DNA from: Marsupella aquatica
Taxonomy: Eukaryota; Plantae; Marchantiophyta
Assembly (NCBI GenBank): GCA_973895155.1
Contig: OZ316898.1
Coordinates: forward strand, 12,551,659-12,615,658
Direction of reading: 5' to 3'
DNA: 64,000 nucleotides
Of the stretch, positions 1 through 12,404 are shown piece after piece (within the stretch, counting starts at the first letter, position 1; each line of letters begins with the position of its first letter). The position numbers and the translations under genes were made by a program. The notes beneath the pieces were generated by a model, which was not told the DNA's origin, did not search any database, and saw only the letters and a list, made by a program, of their open reading frames with translations.

Positions 1-2104
1 TTATAGAGCTGCAAACATACACAACTTTCTGTTAAGTGCGCCCTGAAAAGAAAGCTTGCAACACTAAGTGCCATTTTCGAGAACGGTCATGAATGACTTG
101 AAACAAAATATTCCACGAGCAGAGTTTGAAATGGATTGGCGGAGAAAGATCGATTGACTAGGTGTCTCATTGGACGAAGAATGATAAGAATATCAACGAT
201 GTGCGTAATTACTGGCAGAGAGAGATTCCCCTGACATTTCTCATGAGTAGAACTGAAATTCCTGAAGAGAAATCAATGAATGGAAATTGCCTCAGAAGGA
301 GCACGATTTGATGAGGCAACCATGACAGCTCCTGCCTTAAAAAGGCACTCGAATAGCCTCTTCAATATCATTGCATCAGCTATATCCAGTACCTGTACAA
401 CTTCGAACACACGTTTAAAAACCAACAGGAGCCGGTGAATAAGACGACATCTGATTGGCTCACCAACATGGCACTACATAGATTACATCCGACTGTTGAC
501 CATTAGAAATTAGACATCGAAACGGAAATTCGGGTCATCAATTCCTAGAATTTAGCCATCCTTACAAAGTTCAGCATGCACCATACTACTCACCTGGAAT
601 TCGTCAAAGCATATCAGCCAGCCTGCTTCCAATAAATCTTCAGCAACAATTGCAATCACATCTCCTTTTTGGCCCTTCTCTCCTAACAAAGTGGCACGTT
701 GGTGCAACCTAAAGCCCGCAAGAAGGCCCACGAGACCACCGTCCCCACCGTTCAAGACAAACCAGTAACAGTGAACGCATGCACTACTGAAAATCTATCG
801 CTCTTAAGAAATTTCAAAGATTAAAGAGTCCCGTTTCTTTCCTGGAACAACTTCAGTAGTAATATTTTTGGTAAAGCTTTATAAGCGCATTTGTCAAGTC
901 AAAGGTAAGGCTTCCAATACATTAGAGCCAGCAAGGGCGTGAAATGATTGCACACTAAAAGAATTTGTCAAGTCAAAGGTAAGGCTTCCAATACATTAGA
1001 GCCAGCAAGGGCGTGAAATGATTGCACACTAAAAGAATTTGTCAATCCTGGAATTTCAGACCTCTCAGCGGTGTATGTAAGAAAAATCTCTTCAGCAGAA
1101 ATGATTATAGACGATCGACAACAGTTAGATACACATTCGGAGTAAATTCGTAAAGAATTTTCTGGTTCAAAACAGAAAAATGAAGGAGTATGAAATAGAG
1201 ATTGGAACTTTCCAAACCGTTTGCACGTATCAAAGGCAAAATGATAGTTCAAGTCAGCTCGACAACGATGACAAACCCCAGACGAAAGTTCAGATATGAG
1301 CGGTTTGACGAAAACATGAATGTGTCGAGGGTACTGCCCACCTTTTGTGTACATCGAGCATAAATTGATGGAAATGTACCCGTCGTTTACTTTTGACAGG
1401 ACTACAGTGGAAAAAAATGTCCGCCACCAGCGATTTTCCTGATCCAACCCCTCCATAGATATAAACCCTGCACAGTACTCGGAAACAAAGTAACACAGTA
1501 TCATTTCAGGTACTGTAGATGAATTTCAACCTCCTACACAGGATCGGTCACCTGCATACATCTCAATCACTAGATTTCATGTAGAGGGCGTTTCAAGTAG
1601 TACTTTCTGAGAAACGCCCAACACTTGGATCTCTCTTAACCAAGCCGGAAAGGGCGAAATTCATATACATTACATTCACTGTTGATGGAATGGAGTTGCG
1701 GTGGGTGGCAAAACCGTACATGGCGGCACGGCATAGAATGCATCATACCCTCTGGGAGTCTCTTTTTGTCGTATGAGACTAGAAAACAACTTGGAGGTGA
1801 ATCCAGGAGGTGAAGGAGTGTAATTTTCAAGCTCTTGGTGCAGCCTCTCCAATGGTTGCAGAGCTGCAATCTGGTTCGGATCCTGTTTTATGGAGCCCGC
1901 TCTCACAAGCTCGTTGTACGCATCCACCGGCAGCGTCCCCACAGGAATCTGTTCCAAATTCGTCCCTCCGCCATGAAAATACCTGCTTCGAAGGAGGAGG
2001 CAGATTTGGGCGGAAAAATTGTTCGGGGAGGTGGTGGTAGAAGGGTTCAGAAGAACTGATGACGGAGAAAAGGTAGACGACAGACGACGGAGCCACACCA
2101 CCAT
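1..2104 (-). CDS. AFG1/LACE1-like (ZapE family) mitochondrial P-loop ATPase, 5' part; gene continues beyond the left edge
   Basis: Exons 2104-1749, 1467-1342, 708-594, 392-291, 8-1 join in frame. Motifs: [15 protein letters not shown] (Walker A), [35 protein letters not shown] (Walker B), [15 protein letters not shown]-terminus is Ser/Arg-rich like a presequence. Intron 290-9 is GC-AG. Confidence 0.93.
889..1045. repeat. Perfect 74-bp tandem duplication in ATPase intron 2
   Basis: ATTTGTCAA recurs at 889, 963 and 1037, with identical sequence between. Confidence 0.95.
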
Positions 2105-2832
2105 GGTCAGTCAATGAGGAACCACCTCAGATGCTTGCTTTTCCCCACAATTCGCATTTGAGATTCGCATTCAGCACAGCATGGGATCTGCAATATGGAA
2201 GTAGAGTAATGAAACCAATGTACAGGTTTTTCAGATCCTTGGAGCACAGCACCACAGCACACTACAGAAATGGTTCTACTCCAATTCCACTGACCTCAAC
2301 TCAAGAAGAAAACGGGACAAACTGAAGAACTGCCCGGCCTACTGTAAGTTCCTGCACAATTCCATTAGTGACTCGTGCCCAAGCAGGAGGATGTGGGGGC
2401 GAAGAATCCATAGTGGAGAAACAGGGCGGGTATGAATTGTTGTGAGGACCAGCTCTGTGACGACGAATTTCAATTCCGCTGAGCCCCGGACCACGAATGG
2501 TGGGCTGCTCGTTGTGGGTCACCGTGATCCACTGCGGCTTTGTTGCTCAGAATGGAATGGATCCCCTTTGTCAGTCTCTTGATTAAGAATGGATCGATCA
2601 CGGAGGAAAGACAAAATTATTGCCTCTTCTCAGGCAAACGAACAAAACCAGAATGCTCTGCAACATCGAACGAATCTGGCAGGACTAACTCACAGATTTG
2701 CAGAGACTGACAATTTCTCGGTTTTGGATTTTGCCATTGGATTTTGCCATGAAAAAGCAAATGAGATGAGAGTGCAACTGACCGATTGACTGCACTTGCT
2801 TTCTTTTTCCTTGTTGGGTGTTTGACCTCTTT

Positions 2833-2987
2833 GGTCCTGTTTTTCTTTCAACTTTGTTTTTTTCCTGTTTTATAAATTTTGGTGGAAGGTTTTTTCTCTG
2901 GTAAAACCGGTCCTGTTTTTCTTTCTACTTTGTTTTTTTCCTGTTTTATAATTTTTGGTGGAAGGTTTTTTTCTCTGGTAAAACCGG
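2833..2987. repeat. ~76-bp T-rich tandem duplication
   Basis: ggtcctgtttttctttc...ctctggtaaaacc occurs twice (2833, 2909) with few differences. Confidence 0.9.
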
Positions 2988-5464
2988 CAAGGTTGGGATT
3001 CTGTTGGTTGGGTTATCACAATTCCATGACGTAGAGGAGAAATGACTTATGTCCAAATTCTTTGAATGCTTTTCTCTGGCGTGAAGATGGCGATGACTTT
3101 AAAGTGTGCTGGAGACAAATGAAGACACCAAAATCTGTGTCCCTTCCCATCCAGGGATGTCAAATCTGCAGTACTGAGATTTGCTTTCAGCTGCACAAAA
3201 GGCCCTTGATGTGAGTATTCTCCTGTTGTGGTGATGCAAACCTGTTGGAACAAGATAAGAGAAGAGACGTAAATGGGGAATCATGAGTGGTGCAGATTAT
3301 TTTGGGGGAAATCTTTAAAGGGCAAGCAAGGTATTAAGGTGAGTGGTGCACATCATTTTGGGGAAAGCCTTGTATGGGAAGGTATTATATTGGGGAAATA
3401 TTTTTTCTGTATGGGGGTAACAAACATCAAGCTCCTTGGCTTTCAGAGCTTGCAACTGATCTGATGTACTGGAGGAGGGTCGAGGGCTGAGGGTGTGCAA
3501 GACGGGAGTACTTATAGCAGAGTCTGTATGTAGAACGTGTGAAGTCGAAGTCCTAACCCTAAATTTCTGGACCCTTTTGGCTGTGAAAACATGAAATGGT
3601 GTGCACATTTTATCAAGGGATATGCTGACTTTTTTTGGCATATCCCCAAAACTAAACAGTATTTGAATTCATGCATATCAAGTTACTACAATGAAACTCA
3701 AATTTTTGGAAAATGTGGTCCATGGGGGTTTCAAAGACCAACCTTGTCTTCCATGGGGCCTTCAAATTCCAAAAAAAAAACATGAGATCACTGCCTATTT
3801 CACTCACTAGAAAACATGTTTTCTGGTTCATTTCATCTCGTATGAGGGGCTTCAGTGCTGGTGTGTCTAGAAATTAGTTTGGTCCCCATTTCCTGATACA
3901 ACCCAAATGTTTTTGCAGCCCATCATTTTTTTAATGTGACATATTTGTGGTTGGCACCCATGTTACTTTAACCAGTATGTTTTGCACACTCAGACCTTAT
4001 TATGGCTAGCTTAAATTTTAGAAATGTATGATACCAGGTAAGTTACTGCCTACGGTTTCACTCTAAGGCTGGAGAAGGTCATAAACGGTAGACTTTTATT
4101 GCAAATTATAATCTAGACAAGCCCAATAACCATGCCTACAATTGTCATTACGGCCATGTTGTTGTTGCAACCATATCATCAGGTACAGTGCAAGACAGTT
4201 TAGTGAAAAATAATCAAAGAATAGAAGTCAATCATTTCAATGGAGACATAATGATTAAGATACTTAAATACAAATGCGAGGCCATGTTGTTCAATGGCTA
4301 CAAGTAAGATGCAAATGTTATTTATGTCTACTTTTGTAGTTCATGCAAATATTAATCATACATGGGACTACAAAGGTAGATATTATAAACCAAGTAATAC
4401 AAATATGATCATAAGTTGAAGAGAGTATACCACATGCAATTTTTATTCATGTTCAATAAAGAATCACGTCATACACAAACATTAAAATATTGCAAGAAAG
4501 GCATACCCAAACACACCATGGCAAGTGTACTAGAGGGAAAGGCAGATGGCACACACGAAGGCAAGGACGGTCACAAATGAAGCGTTTTGCCCCTTAGAAT
4601 GAGGATGACACTAAAAGTGTTTCTCAATATAAGGCCACAATTCATTTGCCCCATTTTGGGTTTTTGTAGACAGATGATGCCAAGAAAAGTTGTCATTGCA
4701 TATGATAATGCTTGATAGCCCAATGTCCTCTTATGACATGAAACTTATGACTCCAGTTTTGTTTCCTTACCCTAACCCAAAACATAGTCTCCCAGTACTT
4801 CTATGGGAGTTCCCATAACTCTAGCGTTACGGAAAGACTTTATCATGGTAATGCAGTGCTTTGGGATGTCCTACTCTAACCAACTTGTCATCAAAATATT
4901 ATGGTCAATACCCTATGAAATCTACAGTACAATTTAGTTGAGTTGAGCATGTTGTGAGCATGTAATTGAGATCCGGAGTACAGGTTATAGGTGTGTAGCC
5001 ACTTTTGGAAGTCCATAATCTGCTGGTGATACGTAACCTTTTTCGGGACAATAACACATAAGTATAAAGGAGGTCTGGGCAAGAGATTGGTTGAACCCTG
5101 TTGGAAAACCATCCCGGCTGTTGTTGGTCAGCATTACTCAGTTTCTGCTCAAAAGGGTTACAGCTGGTAACCCCCAGCCCAAACAGCCATTATTCTACAT
5201 ATAACTTTAGTAGAGGGCCTCATATTTTTGTGATTAACAGCCTGATTACCAGTTTCTTGAATGTGATCAAAGATGAAGAAAAAAACAACCTTGCTGGAAA
5301 AAGTACCCATCTTACTTATAAAGAACAACTAGAAGACAGACTTGGGGTCTAGGCTTCTAGAGTGAAGCATCTAGACCTTGAATCTAGGGCCCCACCAAAA
5401 TTTATGTGCATGGAAAGTAGGACGATATATTATGTACTAGTCCAATGCCCATGTGTTGCACAAA

Positions 5465-6085
5465 AGGTGTCGAGGTAGAAAAAGATGGTGAGGTGAGAAA
5501 TTATGTCAAGGAGAGAAAATCCTTTCGAGGTGAGAAAAAGATTTTGAGGTGAGGAAAATATGTTGAGGAAAGAAACGGATGTTGAGGAAAGAAAAAGATG
5601 TCAAGGCAAGACAAAGATATTGATGGAGTCGAGAAAAGGAAGGGGAAAAGATGTTCAGGCCAGAAAAATATGTTGAAAGACTGAGGGCAAAGACATTGAG
5701 TCAAAAAAATATGTTGAGGCAAGAAAGGATATTGAGGCAAAAAAATATGTTGAGGCAAGAAAAAATGTCACAATCCAAAAAGATGTCAAGGCAAGGCAAA
5801 GATGTCAAGGTGAAGGAAGAAAATGTAGGGTAAATTGCGAGGTAGACGTTGAGGCATGCTATGTGCCATTGCAGCCATGTTCAAGGCAAGACAAAATTGT
5901 TGAGGTGAGGCAAAGATGTTGAGGCAAGGCAAAAATGTTGAGGCAAGTTTAGATATTGGAGTGATGTAATGATGTTGGGGTGAGGCAAAAATGTTGAGGC
6001 GAGGCAAAGAAATGCATGCGAGCCAAAGTAATGTAGACGATGCAAAGAAATGCAACTGAAGCCCAAACTGAAGTGAGGCAAGAAA
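5465..6085. repeat. Degenerate purine-rich minisatellite, unit ~19-20 bp (ATGTTGAGGCAAGAAAA-like)
   Basis: Dozens of imperfect copies of gatgttgaggcaag/gaggtgag; ORFs over it are repetitive artefacts. Confidence 0.8.
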
Positions 6086-7914
6086 GTTGTTTAGACATCT
6101 AAAATGTTGTTGCGACCATGTTGTCATTATGGCGAATGATGCAACATTCCAGTCATGAGGGATGCAGTTATTGCGCCCGTGTTGTTGCCAAGCCCAATGC
6201 CAAAGCATTGCATAGAAACATTGAGGTAAGGTGAAGAAGGGTTTTTAGTTGAATAAAACTATGAACATTGGATCTGCCATGATTCTTTCTTGCTCATTTC
6301 ATGTGAAAGTTTTTGTATGATTGTGTATATCTTGTTCAAAATAGCACATGAAATTATGTAATTCAAGTCAACACAAAAATATGGGATAGAACTCAAATGG
6401 GTAGTGAGAATACATGGATAATTAAGAGTCAAGCAAGAAATCTTTATTGTTGATGATACAAAATATTGAACAAAAGTGGGGACAAAAGAGGCAAAATAAT
6501 GGTGGCAAAGAGCTGGGCTCCTCCGGCTGGGGGAAGAATTAGAGCACAAGCAAGACTAATAGGAGATGACAGGGCATGTCAAGCAAGGCGGGTCTTGTGG
6601 AGAAAGAGTGTTGGGAGCTTGATCTGATTGGCCTTCATTAAAGGAGCATTACTTTTTAAAAAGAATGTTAAAGGATTAGATGGAATAACAAAATTTGGGA
6701 CCACTTTTCTACAAAAGGTAAAAGCAAAGAAAATGAGTCAAAAAATGAAAATACGCCTTCACTTTTGTGTTTTCATTTTATTTTGGAAAATGATGTTGTC
6801 GCTATTGTTGTGAAAATGGGTGTGAAAGCTATGTTGTTGAGGAGAGCAAGGATGTGGGAGGGTGAGAACGAGTGCAAGAGAAGTGATGGCCCCTCGGGGC
6901 TTTGTTGGTTGCACAATGCTATCGGGAGGGGAACATTTTATTTTTTCTTTTTGCCTTTTTCCTATCTCTTCACTCCCTTGCCACTCCATTCCTCCCCTTT
7001 TTCTTACCTTTGGTACCATTATATGCAAAAATTCAAAAAGTTTGTCATGTCCCGAAGGTCAAAGATGAAGCCGGATAGACCCTTAGGTTTGTCAAAATGC
7101 TCCCATGTATTTTTGCAAGAGCATTTTACTCACAACCTCACAGGGAATATTCCCAATTGGTCCATTGGAATCATATGGTTTCTCTCCATGGGAGCATCAT
7201 TTTCCCCCAAAATTTCTCCTTGGGAGTGTGTACTTTTATAAAACAAAAAAGACACATTTTAGATTTTTGTCACACAAGAATCATCTCATGTACTTTATAT
7301 TATACTATAAAGAGAATTATATCATTTGATACACCTGGTCAATCAATCCAAGAGTACACAATTAAAAAAATAAATCTGACCACTCAGGTTGATTCTTTCT
7401 ATTTTCAATTTTATAAAGAGACTAAAAACTTTTTGGGGGCATTAAATATATTATGGAAGTAGATGTTAAAATGATGACAGGCATGATTAATTTTGTCATC
7501 GTTTCAATAGCATTGAAAGAATGGGCATTGAGGATAGTACTATTTAATATTCATCTTTGCCTCCATCCCTCTTTTTTGTCTGCACTCGTAATCATACACT
7601 CAGTTACTCACTTTCGTCAGTAAAGTTGCATTGTGCACTGTGAGTCATGCACTCCAATTCCGTTGTTTTTTTCATTATTTTCTCACTCAATTTTTTTTTT
7701 TTTGGTGAGGATTTTTTTGAACCGTAGATCTCAAAGCCATAGATTGCGGCATTTGATGGACGAACAAGATGTAACCAGGAATCGATTGAACTACCATCGC
7801 AAGACCGCCCAGTCCCAAACTCAACTATTGAGTTTTAGGAGTGAGTACTCCCGGTCACCCAGATTACTTGTATGCCAATTAGTGGTTTAAGTTAAAGTCC
7901 CTCTCTAGAGCCTT

Positions 7915-8412
7915 GAGTCCCCGCTTCAGAATAGACACTAGGCCCAAGGAGTAGTTTTTGATTCCTCTTTAAAAACCACTCTAGACAATAGGTCATCAGT
8001 TAGAGTCCTGTCTAGAGGCTTGAGTCCAAACTTCACTCTAGACAATAGGCCCAAATAGTAGCTTTTGATGATTCTTTATTATCACTCTTAGACAATCCCA
8101 TGGATTCACTCTAGACAATAGGCCCCAATAGTAGCTTTTGATTGTTCTTTATAATCACTCTTAGACAATCCCAAGGAGTCACTCTACACAATAGGCCCAA
8201 AAATCCCAAATAGTAGCTTTTGATTCTTCTTTATAATCACACTTCGACAATCCCAAGGAGTCACTCTACACAATAGGCCCAAACAATAGCTTTTGATTGT
8301 TCTTTATAATCACCCTTAGACAATAGGCCCAAATAGTAGCTTTTGATTGTTCTTTCTAATCACTCTAGACAATAGGCCCAAGAACAATAGGCCCAAGGAG
8401 TAGCTTTTGATT
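7915..8412. repeat. Tandem satellite, ~50-70-bp units (tctagacaataggcccaaatagtagcttttgattgttctttataatcactc)
   Basis: About 8 imperfect head-to-tail copies directly upstream of the TPR gene leader. Confidence 0.85.
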
Positions 8413-9581
8413 GACCTTAATAAATTAGATATGGTACTACGGTACTGTACACAATGTACTTGACTGTAGTTAGTTGAGGTACCACGGTACTGCACTGTAC
8501 AGTCCAGGCCGACTTGGGGACAAGTTAGGAAACAGTCCATTCTACATGAAGCTCGTGGAGAAATGACGGACCTCGACTTTCGTGGGATTGCGAATTGAAT
8601 ATGGCGCTCGAAGGAGATTGCAAATTGGTGGAATAGGCGACGACCAGAGGACGAAGAAGATCATGTGTCCGTGCTTTCTCCTGCTTTCCATGTCTGTAGC
8701 TGCCGAAAGAGAGGCCGAAACGGGTGGCGTGACCTCTTTGGAGCACTGAAGAATTTGACGAACCGGTCTTCCGGATGAAATGGATGCTTGAGCTCTTGAG
8801 GTGAGTTGAGTTGCGTTGGTCTGAGTGAGTTGTCGGCTCCGTTAGCCGCTATTGCAGCTGGTGTGGGTACGTGAGGTGAGTTGCTCTTTGGATGACGAAG
8901 ATCATGAGTTGTAGCTGTCAGGAGAGTCTCGGCAATTAGGTTTTGAGCACTGGAGTCAATGACGAGTCTAGGTTTCCAGTGCTGCAGATCGTGTGCGTGA
9001 GGCGACTTGCTCTTCTCTTGGATGAGCTGATGGGGAGCTTCGCGGGCTTATATGGTTTGTCACTGGAGGAGTGATGAGTTTTGCTTTAGGGTGTGTGGCT
9101 GAAGGCCTTGGAAACGGTAGTCTGGGTGAAACATGATGATTTAAGGCAGGCAAGGAGCCTGAACGGAGGTACTTTATGAACCAGAAAACACGTTTTCTGG
9201 CCATCACTACCTTATGTGCTAGTTTGCAGCGATGGTAAACGGAATCAAATTTGTGTTCTCTAGGCACAGAATCCGCCAATGACTGCCAGTGGAAGAATCG
9301 AAGTGTCTAGTGTTAGCACGGCCTTTTTGCTGTCACTGTTCCAGAGGAATATCTCGAGATTTTGAGGAATTGTGGATTGTTCTTGTCAGCTGGGGTGGAT
9401 TTGATGTACTTTTCACTCCTTTGGGGAGCCACATTATGAGTTCGGCTTCCGTCATCTTTGGAAATTCGCTTCTAGACAAGGGGAGATATTTAGGGTTTAG
9501 GGAGATTTGTGTCAACACCCAGCAGGTGAAGTCTGACTCGAGCTGGTCAGGAGGTACTGGAGCTGGTCACGAGGTAGAATC

Positions 9582-10778
9582 ATGGGGGGAAAATCTCGGA
9601 AGACCGTCAAAAAGGCTGCAAAAGGGCCACCAGCCGCAGAGTCGTCTGATTATGGTAATGGAACCTCTGCAAGTCATAATCACCAACGTTCGGTGGTCAA
9701 GAGTGAGCGTCAGGGAGCAGGAGAGTCCTGTGGGTTCATAGTGCAGGACAATAGCGTTAGCATGATTCCTGATGCTCCAGGGATGCGCATTCGTACTGAG
9801 ATGGCAGTATCAGAGCTCATTCTCCACACGCGCCACAGACATCGGGCTTTGAGCGGCACATTTTGTGTCGAGCCCTTTATAGTAAATATGTGGATTCGTA
9901 CGGTCCTGGAAGACGAATTCGCACACACGGTCCGGGTTCTAATTTCAGACAATGTTGTTTTAGCCTCCACATTCAAAAAGTCCACAGATTTAAGTCGGTA
10001 TGCCAAGGGGAGGAAGGTTGTTATCAACGAACCCCTTTATACCATCTGTGACGATGGGTTAACCGTAGTGATTGTGGATGACTGTCGAGACATTAGTGGC
10101 AAGGTTATTGTCTGCGAACCCCTTAGCAACAACAATGCCATTGAGGATGAGGATGGATCGAGTGGGGATGACTTTCAGGATAATCGTAGCAAGCGAGATC
10201 AGAAGCACGAGGATGGGGAGTTGAAGGAAGGGAAGGCAGCAAAGCAGGCTCTGGTAGAACGAGCAGCGCTCACGCCTGCCGGAGAAGCGGACAGAATTCG
10301 TTGTGAAGGGAATAACCTCTTTGCTAAGCAAGACTTCGTGGGGGCGAGGGAATTGTACAGTAAGTGCATCACAGGGTGTTTGCAGCTGTTGGACCGGTCA
10401 AAAGGGCAAGACAACAGCAGCTCCATTGCGAGTGAAGTTGAGGAGGCGAATTTGAAGAAGACTCTGATGCTGGCCTACTCTAACAGATCCGAAACATGGC
10501 TGAGGTGCCGTAACTATGTATGTGCCCGATCGGACGCTAGCAAGGCTCTTAAGCTGGACCCTAAGCATGTCAAAAGCCTCGTAAGAAATGGCAAAGCTCT
10601 GTTCGAGCTTCAAAGGTACGAAGAATCTGCTGCATGTTTCAGCTTAGCTCTGGAAGGATCTCCTGATGATCAGCAAGCTCAAATCGTGAAAACGGCGCTA
10701 GCAAGGAGCAAGACTCTCCTTGAGCAGTCTCGCGATGGGGATTATGATCACAGCGACTCAGATGAGGAGGATCATTAG
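9582..10778 (+). CDS. TPR-repeat protein (398 aa) with an N-terminal beta-rich domain typical of fungal/protist TPR-SET proteins; SET domain absent
   Basis: Single ORF. TPR motifs: RCEGNNLFAKQDFVGARELYSKCI, AYSNRSETWLRCRNYVCARSDASKALKLDPKHVKSLVRNGKALFELQRYEESAACF. It ends EQSRDGDYD, like the linker before SET in ATXR1/SDG35-type proteins. Probable 5' UTR intron from GTGAGT at 8801 to AG near 9524. Confidence 0.85.
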   Translation: MGGKSRKTVKKAAKGPPAAESSDYGNGTSASHNHQRSVVKSERQGAGESCGFIVQDNSVSMIPDAPGMRIRTEMAVSELILHTRHRHRALSGTFCVEPFIVNMWIRTVLEDEFAHTVRVLISDNVVLASTFKKSTDLSRYAKGRKVVINEPLYTICDDGLTVVIVDDCRDISGKVIVCEPLSNNNAIEDEDGSSGDDFQDNRSKRDQKHEDGELKEGKAAKQALVERAALTPAGEADRIRCEGNNLFAKQDFVGARELYSKCITGCLQLLDRSKGQDNSSSIASEVEEANLKKTLMLAYSNRSETWLRCRNYVCARSDASKALKLDPKHVKSLVRNGKALFELQRYEESAACFSLALEGSPDDQQAQIVKTALARSKTLLEQSRDGDYDHSDSDEEDH

Positions 10779-12404
10779 GGCTGTTGAGAGTGAAGGTGCG
10801 TGGGAAATGCAGTAGGTGTTGTGCCCTTCACTTTCGTGATGGTTGCACCCCTGGACGACAGTTTTGGATTGGAGAGAAGCAATATTTGGGAGACGACCAC
10901 TGCAGCCTACAGCAATTCTGCTTTCACTTTCTCAATTGACTTTCTCGTACGAGTATAGCAGGCTAGGTAAGTTCTTCGCCATTCTTGTCAAGACTCGGAC
11001 GGCAGCCTGACTGTGGGAAGTGTAGTCGTTTTTAAAATAGCATCTCCAAGACTCCAATTCTTTACTGTATGTATGTACTCCATACATTGAAAGCGCAATG
11101 AATCTGCCTTTTTCAGTATCGAATGGTGTCCCTGAAATTCATGTCCAATCTCTCAAATCCAGTATCAATAACCATATAACCCAGTGAACTGAATATTGAC
11201 TAGCGTCCCCATAACTGGTTGGGGTGAGTTGTTGCCCTGATGTAACTTTAGTCAATCAACATAGCCGCACATTTAGTGAATAGAGCAATGCAGTAGGCTA
11301 TGCCCTCATCTGTATTAAGAGGTTCAAATGAGTACTAACAGTCTAGGATCAAAGAAAACAAGATGGTCGAGGCTGATTTGCCCCAAAGAGCCAAAAACAG
11401 AAATAATCGCTAATCGAAAACTAGGATTCTGAAGCAAAGAAAAGCAATCTGAATCTAAGAAGTGAGCGGTCTTACTGCACGTCCCTGCATCTTATCTATG
11501 AATTCTAATGTATGCACAGATGACTACTCCTCGTTCAGTGAATGGCAAGCAAGCAAACACCAGCCAAGAGTCTAGCAAGCTACAATCAGTTGAAATGGAT
11601 TTCTTTGGGAAATTTGACAGTAGTGTCGTCCACAGGCTTCGTTACATGCAGGTGCATCCGGTTTTCGCTCCTGTGCATATAATATGCCTCAAGGCTGCAT
11701 AGTCGTCGATCTAAGTCAGACTCAGTCATCTGCGAGATAGATAAGGGGATCTTGGTTCAACTTCTGAGTCTATCTGGTGTGTATATGTGCAGTAAGAGTC
11801 CAATGGAATAGATGTTCCAGTTTCCAAATTGTGCAGGGTTATCGAACGATTCGGCAGAGTGCGTCCCACGTGACCTCCTTCAGTTCCATGTACAGGATCT
11901 ATTTCAAGCATTCCTATTTAGCCCTTCGTCTAGAGATAACGCGGATGTCGTCATTATCGTGCTAGACCTACAAACCCCAAACTGCAGACCGAAGAGGAAA
12001 ACACCCGTTAAAATTGTAAGAGAACTAATACAACGTACTCAAGACAAAGCTTCGTTTTAAAGTGACCATGGCAGTTTTTGGCAATCCTGTTGAAGACAAA
12101 CCTATCCAGCTCTGCGTAAGTTACAGTTGGAAAGATTGACGAGTCAGTACGACCATAGCAACTTCCCTTCCTGCTGCACAATTAACAGCACCAACTAGTT
12201 AAACAGATAAACATGAAATCGTAAGCAAACCAAGACATTGTCATAACAGAGCTAGAACAATGTTTTAAACTTTGTTCAGGTAAGTTATCATCTAATGACT
12301 TACTGGCTGTACCTTAGGTCACCTCAGCGGATGATTGTGCTCTCAAAATGATGGGTTAGAATTTGGAGATGCGCCAACCAACTTGTAGCCCTGGATCCTC
12401 CGGT

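Noticed and set aside
968-1504. 178-aa ORF
   Set aside because: Off-frame overlap of ATPase exon 2 plus intron sequence.
5501-6208. Several ORFs of 60-140 aa
   Set aside because: Translations of a low-complexity minisatellite.
7915-8412. CRISPR-like appearance of this array and of the 45-bp array at 14472-14701
   Set aside because: No unique spacers, no cas genes, eukaryotic context; these are tandem repeats.
11720-12000. Possible second F-box or kinase relic
   Set aside because: Similarity needs several assumed frameshifts; not supportable.
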